From an uncultured archaeon (GTDB taxonomy: Archaea > Thermoproteota > Nitrososphaeria_A > Caldarchaeales > Wolframiiraptoraceae): DNA of 64,000 nucleotides. The notes below the pieces were generated by a model, which made no database searches, was not told the origin of the DNA, and saw only the letters and a program-made list of their open reading frames with translations. The position numbers and the translations under genes were made by a program. Location of the stretch: contig CALKCF010000007.1 of the NCBI GenBank assembly GCA_938083505.1, positions 118,715-182,714 on the forward strand. The letters run 5' to 3'. The stretch's first letter is position 1; each line of letters opens with the position of its first letter. Positions 41,504 to 51,686 of this stretch are shown here, in pieces.

Positions 41504-42235
41504 TTGTGTAAAGTTTGTATGATCTTCGTGGATAGTAAAGAGGCGTCGAAAAGCAAGAGTATCCTCGAAATGTTAACGAATGTGCTGGGCCAGCAGGTCG
41601 GTATAAAGAACTTAGAAGTTGGGGATTACCTCCTCGATGGTGCTGAGGGCATGGCCGTTATCGAAAGGAAAACGATAAACGACCTGCTGAACTCTCTGAA
41701 ACCTGATGAATCTGGTCGTGGGAGAATATGGTCCCAGTTAGATAGATTCTCAGAAATGGATTCCTTTGAGAAGATTCTGATAATCGAGGGATGGTTGGGT
41801 GCAATAAGGAGGATGACGGAATGGAATGAAGCCAGCGTCTACAGAGTAATAGAAAGTATTCAAAGGTACTACGAGGTCATCGTTGTTTATACGCCGGACT
41901 GGAAAGGTACTGGAGCTTACGTCATAGCAAAATACAAGAGTCTCTCGGAGAAACCGGAACCAAGGGACATAAGACTTCGGGTAAGCTCTGCTTCTATGAC
42001 GCCAGAAGAACAGGCACTCTATATTGTGGAAGGACTTCCGAGGGTTGGACCTAGTTTAGCAAAAGCTTTCCTCAAAACCTATGGTTCTGTGAGGAACGTG
42101 TTCAACGCATTAGCTTCGAAACCTATCGAACTCTTAAGGGATGAGGTAGCTAAGTTTTTAGGTAGAAAACCTCCAGAGGTTGTTATAAGGAACGCTAAGG
42201 ACATTATCGTAAGAGAGGTAAAATTAGAAGATTAA
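41504..42235 (+). CDS. xpf: ERCC4/XPF-family flap endonuclease (short form)
   Basis: VD..E, GDY, ERKT..D, C-terminal HhH. Confidence 0.85.
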   Translation: MCKVCMIFVDSKEASKSKSILEMLTNVLGQQVGIKNLEVGDYLLDGAEGMAVIERKTINDLLNSLKPDESGRGRIWSQLDRFSEMDSFEKILIIEGWLGAIRRMTEWNEASVYRVIESIQRYYEVIVVYTPDWKGTGAYVIAKYKSLSEKPEPRDIRLRVSSASMTPEEQALYIVEGLPRVGPSLAKAFLKTYGSVRNVFNALASKPIELLRDEVAKFLGRKPPEVVIRNAKDIIVREVKLED

Positions 42236-42251
42236 AGATGTTATATGCAAT

Positions 42252-43091
42252 TTAACCAAAACTGCCCAGTAGTAACGATGCAGCGGTGGCGACCATAATT
42301 ATAAGCAATGTTTCTAACGACATTTTCCTCCAACTTATCCGAGATTTCTTGGAACGGTATTTAATGAGATACGCGTTCATTGCACCTACAATCGCTAATG
42401 CCATTATGAGATTAGCCGGTTCTGGTAAAAACATGTATGCGACGACAGGAATACCTCCTGCTAGAAAAGTCGTTAAGCTACATATAAGTGCAGCGTACAA
42501 ATTAGACAGTCTTACCTCCTTATGAAGTAACATGAATAGCCTCTTAACTAGCATAAGGGATTTGTTGCGCTCATTTTTGTCGGGGATATCGCTCAAGCTG
42601 AACCTCATCAAAATTTGGATAGACCGCATATCTGCTAAATCCTCAGTTATTCCACCTAAAAGAAAACTGGAAAAGTTCGTTATGGCTACAGCCACCAACG
42701 TTAAAAGGACAGCAAATGTTACGACCTTAGTAAGTATGCCGGACAAGAAAACAGAAAGAACCACGACAAGTCCTGCTATTGAACCATCCACGAGGCCGGC
42801 TACAACTTCAAGTATGGGCTCTCTCTTCAGAAGAAGGTTTCTCCACTCTTTGCCCAACTTTATACCTTGAGGTGTCGGTCGGATGTAATCACCATCTTCA
42901 ATTATTAGTCCCTCAGAGACCATTTCTTTTAAGGACTTATCTAAGTCACTCACCTCAACGCAAACATCATCGGCACAAATTTCATCGATGCGCTTTTTGA
43001 GAATAGCCTTATGTATTGTAGTCCTTCTTTTCAAATTCAACAGAACAAACACTTTTATAACATCAGACAACTCTTGAACTTCAAATGACAC
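42252..43091 (-). CDS. wHTH fused to VIT1/CCC1-like membrane domain
   Basis: N-terminal wHTH; V.GL.DG, F..G..P TM pattern. Confidence 0.6.
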   Translation of the reverse strand: MSFEVQELSDVIKVFVLLNLKRRTTIHKAILKKRIDEICADDVCVEVSDLDKSLKEMVSEGLIIEDGDYIRPTPQGIKLGKEWRNLLLKREPILEVVAGLVDGSIAGLVVVLSVFLSGILTKVVTFAVLLTLVAVAITNFSSFLLGGITEDLADMRSIQILMRFSLSDIPDKNERNKSLMLVKRLFMLLHKEVRLSNLYAALICSLTTFLAGGIPVVAYMFLPEPANLIMALAIVGAMNAYLIKYRSKKSRISWRKMSLETLLIIMVATAASLLLGSFG

Positions 43092-43299
43092 TCAGTATTT
43101 CACCGTTCGCATTATTACTTAATATCTTATCAATTTAATAACCCTTCTGCACCTACGTATATAAATATGGCTACTGAAGGTTTGTTTTCAGCAAACCATC
43201 AAATTTTTGGGTTATAATTCATAAGTTAAGATAAAAATAGTTTTAAGCTCCCCTTACATTTTATGCTCTAAATATGTGTTACGGAAAGGCTGACGTGAG

Positions 43300-43920
43300 T
43301 TGAATAAATTACGCATGCCGAATAGGATCTCAGAACTCTTAAGCGTTCCATGGGTAAGGTCCTCCCTGATTTTAGGTGGAGTGCTTGTAGTTATAGGTGC
43401 GGCATTGATTTTGATCTTCAAATTTTTGAACATTGGGAATTCTCCACTTTTCATAGATGTAAAAACCCTCGTTATGAAGTACGGGCTCTTAGGCATATTT
43501 ATAGTCACAATATTGGCTGGTACCATTGTACCCGTTGGGAGTCCGGCGCTTGTCGTAATGGTATCATCTTTTGGTGTCCATCCCATACCCTTAACGGTTG
43601 TAGCCACGTTTGGCTTCACTGTGGGCATGGTAATAAACTACATGTTGGCTTACGGTTTTGGAAGACCATTCGTAGTGAAGAAGTTAGGGATGGAAAGGCT
43701 TGAAGAAATATCCGCGTTATGGAATCGATGGGGATGGTTCATATATGTGTTGTTTGGGATTGTGCCAGTGCTCCCGGTTGAGTTCCTGGCACTCTTCTGC
43801 GGGTTAATTAAAGTGCAATTCAGCCGCTTTCTTATCTTAAGCTTCATTCCACGCTTAGTGGTATTCGCTTTTCTATCTTACTTCGGAGTTCAACTTGGTT
43901 GGTGGCTTGAAATAATATAA
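43300..43920 (+). CDS. DedA/VTT family membrane protein
   Basis: G...NY.L...G, P.LP.E....CG...F..F. Confidence 0.8.
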   Translation: MNKLRMPNRISELLSVPWVRSSLILGGVLVVIGAALILIFKFLNIGNSPLFIDVKTLVMKYGLLGIFIVTILAGTIVPVGSPALVVMVSSFGVHPIPLTVVATFGFTVGMVINYMLAYGFGRPFVVKKLGMERLEEISALWNRWGWFIYVLFGIVPVLPVEFLALFCGLIKVQFSRFLILSFIPRLVVFAFLSYFGVQLGWWLEII

Positions 43921-44222
43921 TAACGCGCACGCGCCCCAACATCTTCTGCACCTTACTGCTATTGTTATTTTCAAGGGACCGTTAGCTGGAGCTGATCTCA
44001 AGCATATAATAAACATACATAAATACTAAAATACTAAAAACTTAATGGTGAGACATGTCAAAAACAAAGGTGTTAAAGTTCCGTTAGAGAAAGGTGTTTA
44101 TGGGAGAGTTTGGTAGTATAGATTTATGTTGATAATGTAAACTTCACAGAGGAGTTGAAAGTAACCTTAAAATAACCTTAAAATATGAGAATTATAAATT
44201 ATATTATGAGAAGTGATGTTTA

Positions 44223-45458
44223 TTGGGTGGATTTTCTGAGGAGGACAGGAAGAAGTTTCTGAAAGAGGTTATTAGACAATTACACGCTGGCGTGCCTCTA
44301 CATGAGGTTAAAGAAAACTTTAAGCATGTGTTAGATGGAGTAAGCCCGCTTGAGATAGCCAAAATGGAACAGGAACTCATAAGTGAAGGTATATCAAGAG
44401 AAGAGATTCAAAGGTTATGCGACGTTCACTTAGCAATTTTCAAAGAACAGCTGGAAAAGCAGAAGATTGATGTACCCTCAACTACCCCCATTGGTATCCT
44501 AATGGAGGAGCACAACGTGCTCCAACGAATGGTCGAAAAACTTAGCATTTTAACTGAAAAATTACAGAAGGCAGAAAGTTTAGACGAGATTGTCAAAGAA
44601 TTTTCACAACTAAAGCATGTTGTAAAGGAGCTTTTAGATGCAGAAAAGCATTACTTAAGGGAAGAAAACGTCCTATTCCCAGTTTTGGAGAAGCATGGAA
44701 TAACTGAGCCGCCGGCAATAATGTGGATGGAGCATAACCAACTTAGGGAAAAAAAGAGGCAGCTTAAGGCCCTAATCGAGAACGTCACGAAAATTGGCTT
44801 TTTAGACTTTAAGAAGCAGCTTGGCGAACTGGCAAAAGCATTGAGCGAGATGCTCAACAGTCATATTTACAAGGAGAACAACATCCTATTCCCAATTGCT
44901 CAGCGCGTCGTCACGGAACAAGAATGGACTACTATAAGAGCTGATTTTGATGAAATTGGATATTGTTGCTTCATACCAGAACATTTGATAGCAAAACCGA
45001 CTAAAGGGTTTGAAAAATCAACATCCGAGGAGAAAGCCATGCTTGAAGATGCATTACAGTTTGAAACTGGAACGTTGACGAAAGAGGAAGTCGAGGCCAT
45101 TTTGAACACGTTACCCGTGGACATAACATTCGTGGATAAGGATGACGTTGTTAAATATTTTAATAAATCAGCTGAACGTATCTTTATAAGGACGAGGGCT
45201 GTTTTAGGCAGGAAGGTTCAGCTTTGTCATCCGCAAAAAAGTATCCACATAGTCAACAGAATCCTAGAAGCCTTCAAGAAAAGCGAAAAAGACGTGGCTG
45301 AATTTTGGATACAAAAAGGCGACCGCCTAATTCACATAAGATACTTCGCCGTAAGAGACAATGACGGCAAGTATTTGGGCACTATGGAAGTAACACAAGA
45401 CATAACAGACCTAAAGAAAATCGAAGGTGAGAAACACCTCCTAGACTGGGAAGACTAA
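44223..45458 (+). CDS. DUF438 + hemerythrin + PAS protein
   Basis: LCDVH, EEH, HY.REEN.LFP, MW.EH, H..KEN.ILFP, PAS with CHP.KS. Confidence 0.9.
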   Translation: MGGFSEEDRKKFLKEVIRQLHAGVPLHEVKENFKHVLDGVSPLEIAKMEQELISEGISREEIQRLCDVHLAIFKEQLEKQKIDVPSTTPIGILMEEHNVLQRMVEKLSILTEKLQKAESLDEIVKEFSQLKHVVKELLDAEKHYLREENVLFPVLEKHGITEPPAIMWMEHNQLREKKRQLKALIENVTKIGFLDFKKQLGELAKALSEMLNSHIYKENNILFPIAQRVVTEQEWTTIRADFDEIGYCCFIPEHLIAKPTKGFEKSTSEEKAMLEDALQFETGTLTKEEVEAILNTLPVDITFVDKDDVVKYFNKSAERIFIRTRAVLGRKVQLCHPQKSIHIVNRILEAFKKSEKDVAEFWIQKGDRLIHIRYFAVRDNDGKYLGTMEVTQDITDLKKIEGEKHLLDWED

Positions 45459-45599
45459 TCCCTAATCCTCTTCCTTATCTAACATAAAAAAATTTATTCG
45501 TAGCGTGTTAAGTAATTAGAAAAAATTAAGAGTAAATTCAGAGAAAGAAAAAATCTGAGTGAAATTTTTTAAGTCTGCTTTATATCATTATTGCTTATT

Positions 45600-45995
45600 T
45601 ATTGCTCAATTTTGCTTTGAAGCTCAGTTTTTCTTGGCGTTCCTTCTCTAACTCCTCTTTAGATGGTGCCTCAGGCTTTTTTGCCATTAAGGATAAGACT
45701 TTTTTCGCCGCGCACTAGCATCTCGTAGGTTTCCCCTTACAAGTTTTCCAGCCTCAGTTTTCCCAGTTAAATAGAAGCGAATTGTCTGCTCACCCCTTCC
45801 AAGTTCTTCTGCTATCCGCGGAACGGTCATGTCGGCTTTCTTTCTCATAAAGGCTCCTGGCTGTCACAGCCAAAGAGTTTATCCAAGTTATTCAGTCTTT
45901 AGGGTCTGCCGCTGCACATTTTCTCGATAACATCATATCTTGAAACAGTACCCAAAAGGAGAACTGCCTCAAGTCCTTCTATAAATTCCTCTATA
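45600..45995 (-). pseudogene. Decayed COG1318/near-KaiC-type HTH regulator (approximate ends)
   Basis: Fragments LEAVLLLGT..R.DVIE, ITWINSLAV, KADMTVPRIAEELGRGEQTIR..LTGKTEAGKLV and ETYE across stops and frameshifts. Confidence 0.7.
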
Positions 45996-46284
45996 TGTAA
46001 CACTCAAACAAAGTTTTCTCTAGATAGACGACTATGTCTTTGCTTGATGCATCGCCGCTCAGGAGGATATGGCCATAGCGCCTCATCAGGCTCAGACACT
46101 CCCAAGGCATATTTGCGGCTATAGTTAGCCATGATCACCTCGGCTATCGAGGCCCAGTCGATGCCCGGAGCGTCAGAATATGATCCAACACCCCCGCCAT
46201 GAGCGTTTGAACATGCTCCAAAGCGGCCCATGATACTCGAATGCCCTGGAGAAGATGCTCCAGAAGCCTCTGCGGGGCTCGATT

Positions 46285-46299
46285 TGGACCGGGCGGTAT
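46285..46299 (+). repeat. att-like direct repeat copy 1 (TGGACCGGGCGGTAT)
   Basis: Identical to 58623-58637; reverse complement resembles a tRNA-Ala 3' end. Confidence 0.85.
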
Positions 46300-46311
46300 G
46301 CAATTAAATAA

Positions 46312-46325
46312 TTAAGCGAATCCTT
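46312..46325 (+). repeat. Left inverted repeat (TTAAGCGAATCCTT)
   Basis: Exact reverse complement of 58600-58613. Confidence 0.85.
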
Positions 46326-46326
46326 T

Positions 46327-46900
46327 TTAGAGTTTTCTTATTTTTCCTGTTTGTGGTTGGTATATTTGGCCTTGTTGTGTTAGGCGCCATATGGCTGTTT
46401 CAACAGCCGCCTTTTCCGGGCTCTCCTCTTCATAAGCCCGTTGGACAACTTCTTCTATTGTTATTGTTTTATTTTGGAGGTTTTCCATGAGCCATTTCAT
46501 GGCTTGGCTTTAAGCCTTTAGTCTGTATTGTTTGGGTTTCCAAAGCTCTTTTCTGGGCGGGCTAGCTACCTCTGCTTGAATCGTTTGGGCGCTTACTGTT
46601 GTAGCCTGCGTTGTTTGCGGCTAGTAGTCCATTAGGGTTATGGTTGGCACGGCTTTCTCTTTCAAGAGTTCTGGCAGCTTCCTGTTTAGGCTGGCTTATT
46701 ATTCGCTTCATTTTTCTTGCTCTTGAAATGCTTGACCAGTAGAAAGCCTCGTCAACCGTGTCTTCGGCTATTAGGATTGTTACTTTTCCTGCCACGCGTC
46801 TTCCTGTTATGCCCCTGCGTTGTATGTAGCGTATCTCGCTTGGAACAGGCTCATAAAAGACTACGTGGTCAACTTCAGGAATGTCTAAGCCTTCCCCGTC
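46327..46900 (-). pseudogene. C-terminal fragment of Hef/FANCM-like helicase ending in a wHTH
   Basis: EGLDIPEVD.V.FYEPVPSEIR.IQRRG.TGR (motifs V/VI); frameshifted tail ..AIWRLTQQGQIYQP..GKIRKL. Confidence 0.75.
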
Positions 46901-47042
46901 CCCCGTAGCATTTGCCACAGAGCAGTTGAAGATTCAACAAGTCATCCGCATACAAGTGGAGATTCTCGGTGGAACCACAATTTTGACATTTACCGCCTAA
47001 CTTTTCCATTAGAAGCTGACAGACTCGCCTACTCACACGCAT
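46875..47042 (-). pseudogene. Degenerate HNH endonuclease remnant
   Basis: Hand translation ..LGGKCQNCGSTENLHL..NLQLLCGKCY; central HH segment deleted. Confidence 0.6.
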
Positions 47043-47437
47043 TAATGATCACTTCCTGTTAACGGTTTTTAACGGATAACGGGGGGAGGGGTACAGATGT
47101 AAAAATTTTCGATCTATTTAAAAGTATCCTTTAACATGCCAACATTGAAAAATCCGTACAATCCGTTACTTTTTTAAAAGAAGCCCAAAAAACTTCTTTC
47201 CTCACATTTCGCAACTCCGAATTTATCGAACTTTTTGTTTACACCGCAAATTCTACGAGAACATCGCAAGACTTAATAAACAAGGACAGACGAAAATCCG
47301 TTAACAACCGTAACATACGTAACACTAAGACTTAAGAAATAAGATTAAAAGGCATCGGCCATTCAATAACGCTCATTTAGCTTTCACGTATGTTAAATAT
47401 TTGTTCCGGTTTAAAACGTTATGCCGGCTGTTTCAAA

Positions 47438-48640
47438 CTATTGAATCACCTTTTTAATGACGTCAAACCGTTTAGGGTCTCCCTGTAGCACCCCAATCAT
47501 AATAACTAAAAAGTTCAAGAAGGTAGTTATCTTTGTTGCAATCGCCGCCAATAATCCGTGCTTCCACCCCATCACTTTCCCTATACTCCAAAACCTAAGC
47601 GCATACCATGAAGCCACAGATGCTAAACCAATAACGGATTGCTCCCAGGTGAGGTGTAAGAGTCCAACTAATGAAAGAAGAAGCCCCAATTGGGAAAAAG
47701 GATAGAAAACGAACGCGCAGAAGTGGACGAAAATAAACCTTAATGCATGGTTTAGAGGCAACATTCTTTTTATGTAAACGATGTTGAAGTTGCCCCATAT
47801 CCACCTTCTTCTCTGTTTCACCGCGTCTTTGAAGGAAAGAGGTGGAGTTATCAAGACAGGCTTATCCGAGTTATAAACCTTAAAGCCTGCAACCTCTGCC
47901 TTATGAAGCCAGTACATGTCCTCATTGCCCATTACAGGAACGTTCTCCAAAGTTTTGCCGTTGATGGGTTTAAATTCGTAGTCTAAGGCTTGCTCCACAT
48001 ACTTGTAATATATTTGAGATTCGCCGTGTCCATACAAAACCCGTCCAACATTAGTGAAGAAGTTGCAAGTGTGCATGCAAGTGTAGGGTCGTTCATAGTC
48101 AAGCAGCAGCCCAAACTTTGAAGTTGTCCTAGGCTTAATTGTCCCGACAACAACGTCTGCATCTACGCTTAAAGCGTCAAGTATTAATTCTCGGCTAACC
48201 ACTGAGTCGTCGTCGCTTTGTATCACCATGTACTTGGATGGAAGCAAACCTTTTTCAGCCAGTTGCAGCCTATACCGACGCGCATACTCTAAAGCTCTAG
48301 CTTTCACGTGGGCGAAACATTTGAAAGCTTTCGGGACAACGACTACGCGGTCAGCGTTGTATCTTGTCGGGTTGTCTCCTTCTTCAATCACTACCCAACA
48401 CTGCAACGGCAGAGGCAAATCATATTTGCGAACCGTGTCAAAAATTTTGTTAACACATTCAGCGTTACCAACCGTTGGAATTTGGAGGATTATTAGGTCT
48501 GCTTTGTCGTTATGGGGGTTAAAACGCTTAAACTTCTTTGCGCTAACAGCTCCAATAACTGCTTCCGCCAGAAAGAATAATGGAGCAAACCATGAAGCAA
48601 GAATTAACCATTTAACTATTTCAAAAATGATGCTTAACAT
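47438..48640 (-). CDS. Membrane GT2 glycosyltransferase (egghead-like)
   Basis: KARALEY, DDDS, ED, QRRRW, flanking TM helices. Confidence 0.85.
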   Translation of the reverse strand: MLSIIFEIVKWLILASWFAPLFFLAEAVIGAVSAKKFKRFNPHNDKADLIILQIPTVGNAECVNKIFDTVRKYDLPLPLQCWVVIEEGDNPTRYNADRVVVVPKAFKCFAHVKARALEYARRYRLQLAEKGLLPSKYMVIQSDDDSVVSRELILDALSVDADVVVGTIKPRTTSKFGLLLDYERPYTCMHTCNFFTNVGRVLYGHGESQIYYKYVEQALDYEFKPINGKTLENVPVMGNEDMYWLHKAEVAGFKVYNSDKPVLITPPLSFKDAVKQRRRWIWGNFNIVYIKRMLPLNHALRFIFVHFCAFVFYPFSQLGLLLSLVGLLHLTWEQSVIGLASVASWYALRFWSIGKVMGWKHGLLAAIATKITTFLNFLVIMIGVLQGDPKRFDVIKKVIQ

Positions 48641-49370
48641 TTTCGTTAACCATCTCCGCCGCTTCTAGAATTTTAGGGTTCAAACCGTTTCGCCGAAAAT
48701 CATTAATCAAATGTTTAACGTCTTTCGGTAGGCATCTGCCTCCGTAAGGTTTTCCAAAGAATTTTGTTCCCCATTTGCCGCCTTCCCATTCACCTAAAAC
48801 CTTCGCTGGGTCACATGCCTGTGCAACAGTTTTAATGTCGGCTCCTATCTTTTTGCAAAGTAGGTAAAGCTCGTTCCAGAAGCTTATGCTCACAGCCCTA
48901 AGCGAGTTGGTTGAAAGTTTTATCAGCTCGCTTGTCGTCGGATCTGTGCGGTAAACTGTTGTGGTTAAAGGGGCGTAGAGCCTTTCAAGCTGTTCTCCGT
49001 GCTTATGGCAGCATTCACCTATAACAATTCTTGAAGGGTTCACCACATCCTTCAAGGTGTGTTTTTCTCTGAGGAACTCCGGGTTGTGGCAGATGTGGCG
49101 CTTATATTTCTCCATTAAAGTTTTAGTTGTCCCCACTGGAACTGTGCTTTTAATAACGTAAAGTCCTTGAACTTCAATTTCAATTAACGTTTGCAAAGCT
49201 TTCTCCACCTCATGTTCAGGAGTGCAGATGAAGGTTGCGTCCACCTCTTTTTCGATTTTGTTTTTACCTTTGAACGGGTCATAGATGAACGTTTGGTGTC
49301 CCAGCTTCCGCATTAGGTACGCTTGTGCGGAGCCAACTACGCCGTAGCCGACAATTTGAATTTTCATCAC
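48621..49370 (-). CDS. Short UDP-glucose/GDP-mannose dehydrogenase
   Basis: GYGVVG, KSTVPVGTT, NPEFLRE, SE.IK, GG.CLPKD; no C-terminal domain. Confidence 0.85.
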   Translation of the reverse strand: MMKIQIVGYGVVGSAQAYLMRKLGHQTFIYDPFKGKNKIEKEVDATFICTPEHEVEKALQTLIEIEVQGLYVIKSTVPVGTTKTLMEKYKRHICHNPEFLREKHTLKDVVNPSRIVIGECCHKHGEQLERLYAPLTTTVYRTDPTTSELIKLSTNSLRAVSISFWNELYLLCKKIGADIKTVAQACDPAKVLGEWEGGKWGTKFFGKPYGGRCLPKDVKHLINDFRRNGLNPKILEAAEMVNENVKHHF

Positions 49371-49463
49371 ACTTCACTGACATATATTGTATGCGAAAAG
49401 TTTTAATAGGCTTTTCGCTGTGGCAAAACTCCCCGCTACGCCCCTCAAACAAAAAGAGGAAGA

Positions 49464-49712
49464 TTATAGGCGTAGGCATTTAGGGTTAGTTCTAATGGCT
49501 CGCCAAAAGGCTGGGCTTTTAGAAGCCATGTTAATGTCCCTTAACTGTTCATGGGTAATCCTTAGAATAACCCAATTGCAAAAGTAGAAGTCTTCACTAT
49601 CGTAGGTTTCATGGCTCTCGCTGTCATGCCATTTCATTAGCATATTAAGTAAAGCCCTTGTGTAAGCCCATAGGATATAACCACAATTTCGACATTTAAC
49701 CACAAAAGGCAT
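49464..49712 (-). CDS. Small hypothetical protein with N-terminal CxxC
   Basis: VKCRNCG; SD-like GGGGTTGG upstream. Confidence 0.5.
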   Translation of the reverse strand: MPFVVKCRNCGYILWAYTRALLNMLMKWHDSESHETYDSEDFYFCNWVILRITHEQLRDINMASKSPAFWRAIRTNPKCLRL

Positions 49713-49952
49713 GGCTAACCAACCCCTTTTAATGTTTGGGTGTAGTGGTTTAGAGTGCCACTCGATAAGCCCTTATTCCTGTGCACACAGCTTGAATTGC
49801 ATATACTCCTTCCACATTTCATAAACGTAGCCTTCCTTGAATGTTAGGAGGTAGCCCCTAACCCATTCGCCCTTCGAAGAGGCTGCAAATTTGCCTCCTT
49901 TGCTGAACCTCTCCAAAAATTTCAACCTCGAATGGGTAGGGAGCCCTCTCCA

Positions 49953-50796
49953 CTAACCTACACCCTTAAAGATTTCTACAGCTTTTGGAATTGAAACCTT
50001 CTCTTCCTCTGTTATTCCGCGGTAGAACTGGACTGTTGTGTCAAAACCTCGAGTGCCTAGCCACATACTTGCTTACAAGGTCTAAGGGGACCCCTCTGTT
50101 TCTCAGGCTTGTAATTCGCGAATGCCTCAAGATATGGGGCCTTAAATCTCTGCCCCGGAATTCTATCCCGGCCCTCTTGCAGTCCATCTTAAAAGCCATT
50201 TCAACAGCTCTCGCAGTTATCTCGAAAAGCTTCTGTTTCCCGAGAATATTGTCGTATTTTAGCAGCATTTCCTTGATCCATGGCTCAAGCTTGTATGTAG
50301 CCTTCTCCTCCCTTTTCTTCTTCAAAATATTGAAAGTGATTGTGCCTTTTTCGAGGTCCAAATCTTTCCTTGTTAGGGCTAATACTTCGCCTAGACGGCG
50401 GGCGTAAGCGTAGCATAAAGCGTAGATAATCCTGCGGATCGGCGAAGGCGTGTTGGTGATAAGCCTCGCAGCTTCATCATCCGTTAAGAAGTCAACCTCT
50501 CCAACATTGCGGGGCGGAATCCTCTTCTTCAAAAGTTTAAGCTTCTTCTCATCCACGTCTAGCATCATGATTTCAAAGTAGCTGAGAACATCATAGGTGT
50601 AGACGCCCAATGTGCTGCTGCTTAAACCACGCTTCAGCAGCTCGTCAATCCAGAGGTTAAGCGACTCAAGGCCTGGCTGCAAACCATTCTTCTCGAGGAA
50701 ACTGTCGTATTGTTTTAGGACTACTTCTTTCCGCTGTAAACATGATTTGGGATAGAGATCCTTAGCTCTAAACTTGAAGGTTTTAATGTCAAGCAC
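49953..50796 (-). pseudogene. Tyrosine recombinase/integrase, frameshifted before the catalytic Tyr
   Basis: R..E, HILRHSR, VARH; removing one T of T4 (~50043-50046) restores HSRFDTTVQFYRG.. Confidence 0.85.
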
Positions 50797-50831
50797 AATT
50801 ATTAAAATTTAATAAAGGGAATATAAAAATT

Positions 50832-51041
50832 TCAGCCCATGAGTTTCGCCAATTCTTCCTTCAGAAGCTTTCGCTCTTCTTCTGTGAAGACCTTTCTGAT
50901 TTCCTCTCGGACCTCATCCTTAACCGAGTCGCCTTGAACCAGAATCTTTGTTAGAAGCTCTATGCATATGGTTTTCTTGCTGTCCTCTTTTATGACGGCG
51001 CATACTCTGCGGGCTGTTTCGCGGGCCATCAATTCAATCAC
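50832..51041 (-). CDS. Small helical Cys-pair protein (paralog of next ORF)
   Basis: LM..E....VC..C...L.KILV.G shared with 51038..51247. Confidence 0.65.
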   Translation of the reverse strand: MIELMARETARRVCAVIKEDSKKTICIELLTKILVQGDSVKDEVREEIRKVFTEEERKLLKEELAKLMG

Positions 51042-51247
51042 TCAACACCCAGCTCCCTCAACCTCTCCTTAACGGTTTTCCTGCAGTCTTCCGGAAGCTC
51101 GGCTAAGGCTTCAAAGCCTTTGCCTTCCACGAGGATTTTGTGGAGAACCGCTCTGCACTTAGCCTTGTTCGCTTCTCCAACGGCTTCACAGACGTCCTCA
51201 ACAATTTCCTTAGACATCAGAACCTTGATCCCCTCCTCGTCGTTCAC
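51038..51247 (-). CDS. Small helical Cys-pair protein
   Basis: Coupled 4-nt overlaps with neighbours, SD GGAGGTG. Confidence 0.65.
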   Translation of the reverse strand: MNDEEGIKVLMSKEIVEDVCEAVGEANKAKCRAVLHKILVEGKGFEALAELPEDCRKTVKERLRELGVE

Positions 51248-51641
51248 TCCAACACCTCCTTTAATATTTTTAATGCTTTACGCTTAAAAGCTTCCGGCGG
51301 AGTCAAATACTCCTCAAGCCTATCCATCTTCAACTTTTCAGCCCTAAGCAATGTTTCGCCTAGGACTGTTGCCTCGCTTCCACGCTTCATCCTTCTAGGA
51401 CTGTGTTCAGGGATTCAGCAAAGCGGGTGCAGAAAGCCTCAGGCTTCTTTTCAGCCTCCCTTATAACCCTGTCAAAGAGTTTAAGGTAAACGTCATCCAT
51501 GTTTTTTATGCTGGCATAATACATCAAGTCCGTAAGCCACCTGATGGCTTCGCTTGCACGATCCTTGGATAAGGCCTCGAGGATTTTTGCTGTGGCCTCT
51601 AACAAGACCTGCTTAGGCTCAGCTTCCAATACGTTCACCAA
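51244..51641 (-). CDS. Hypothetical helical protein: 84-aa + 48-aa coupled ORFs, or one frameshifted gene
   Basis: ORF 51387..51641 followed by ATGA-overlapping 51244..51390 (MKRGSEATV..KEVLE). Confidence 0.5.
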
Positions 51642-51686
51642 ACAAGAATGGTGGAAACAAAAATAAAAATGCGTCGAATATGGCTG

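Noticed and set aside
46004-46303. 99-aa ORF as a real gene
   Set aside because: Crosses the att repeat; at most a 3' remnant (GIDW..I) I cannot assign
50041-50046. Programmed frameshift in the integrase
   Set aside because: No canonical slippery heptamer or obvious stimulator; surrounding genes are decayed
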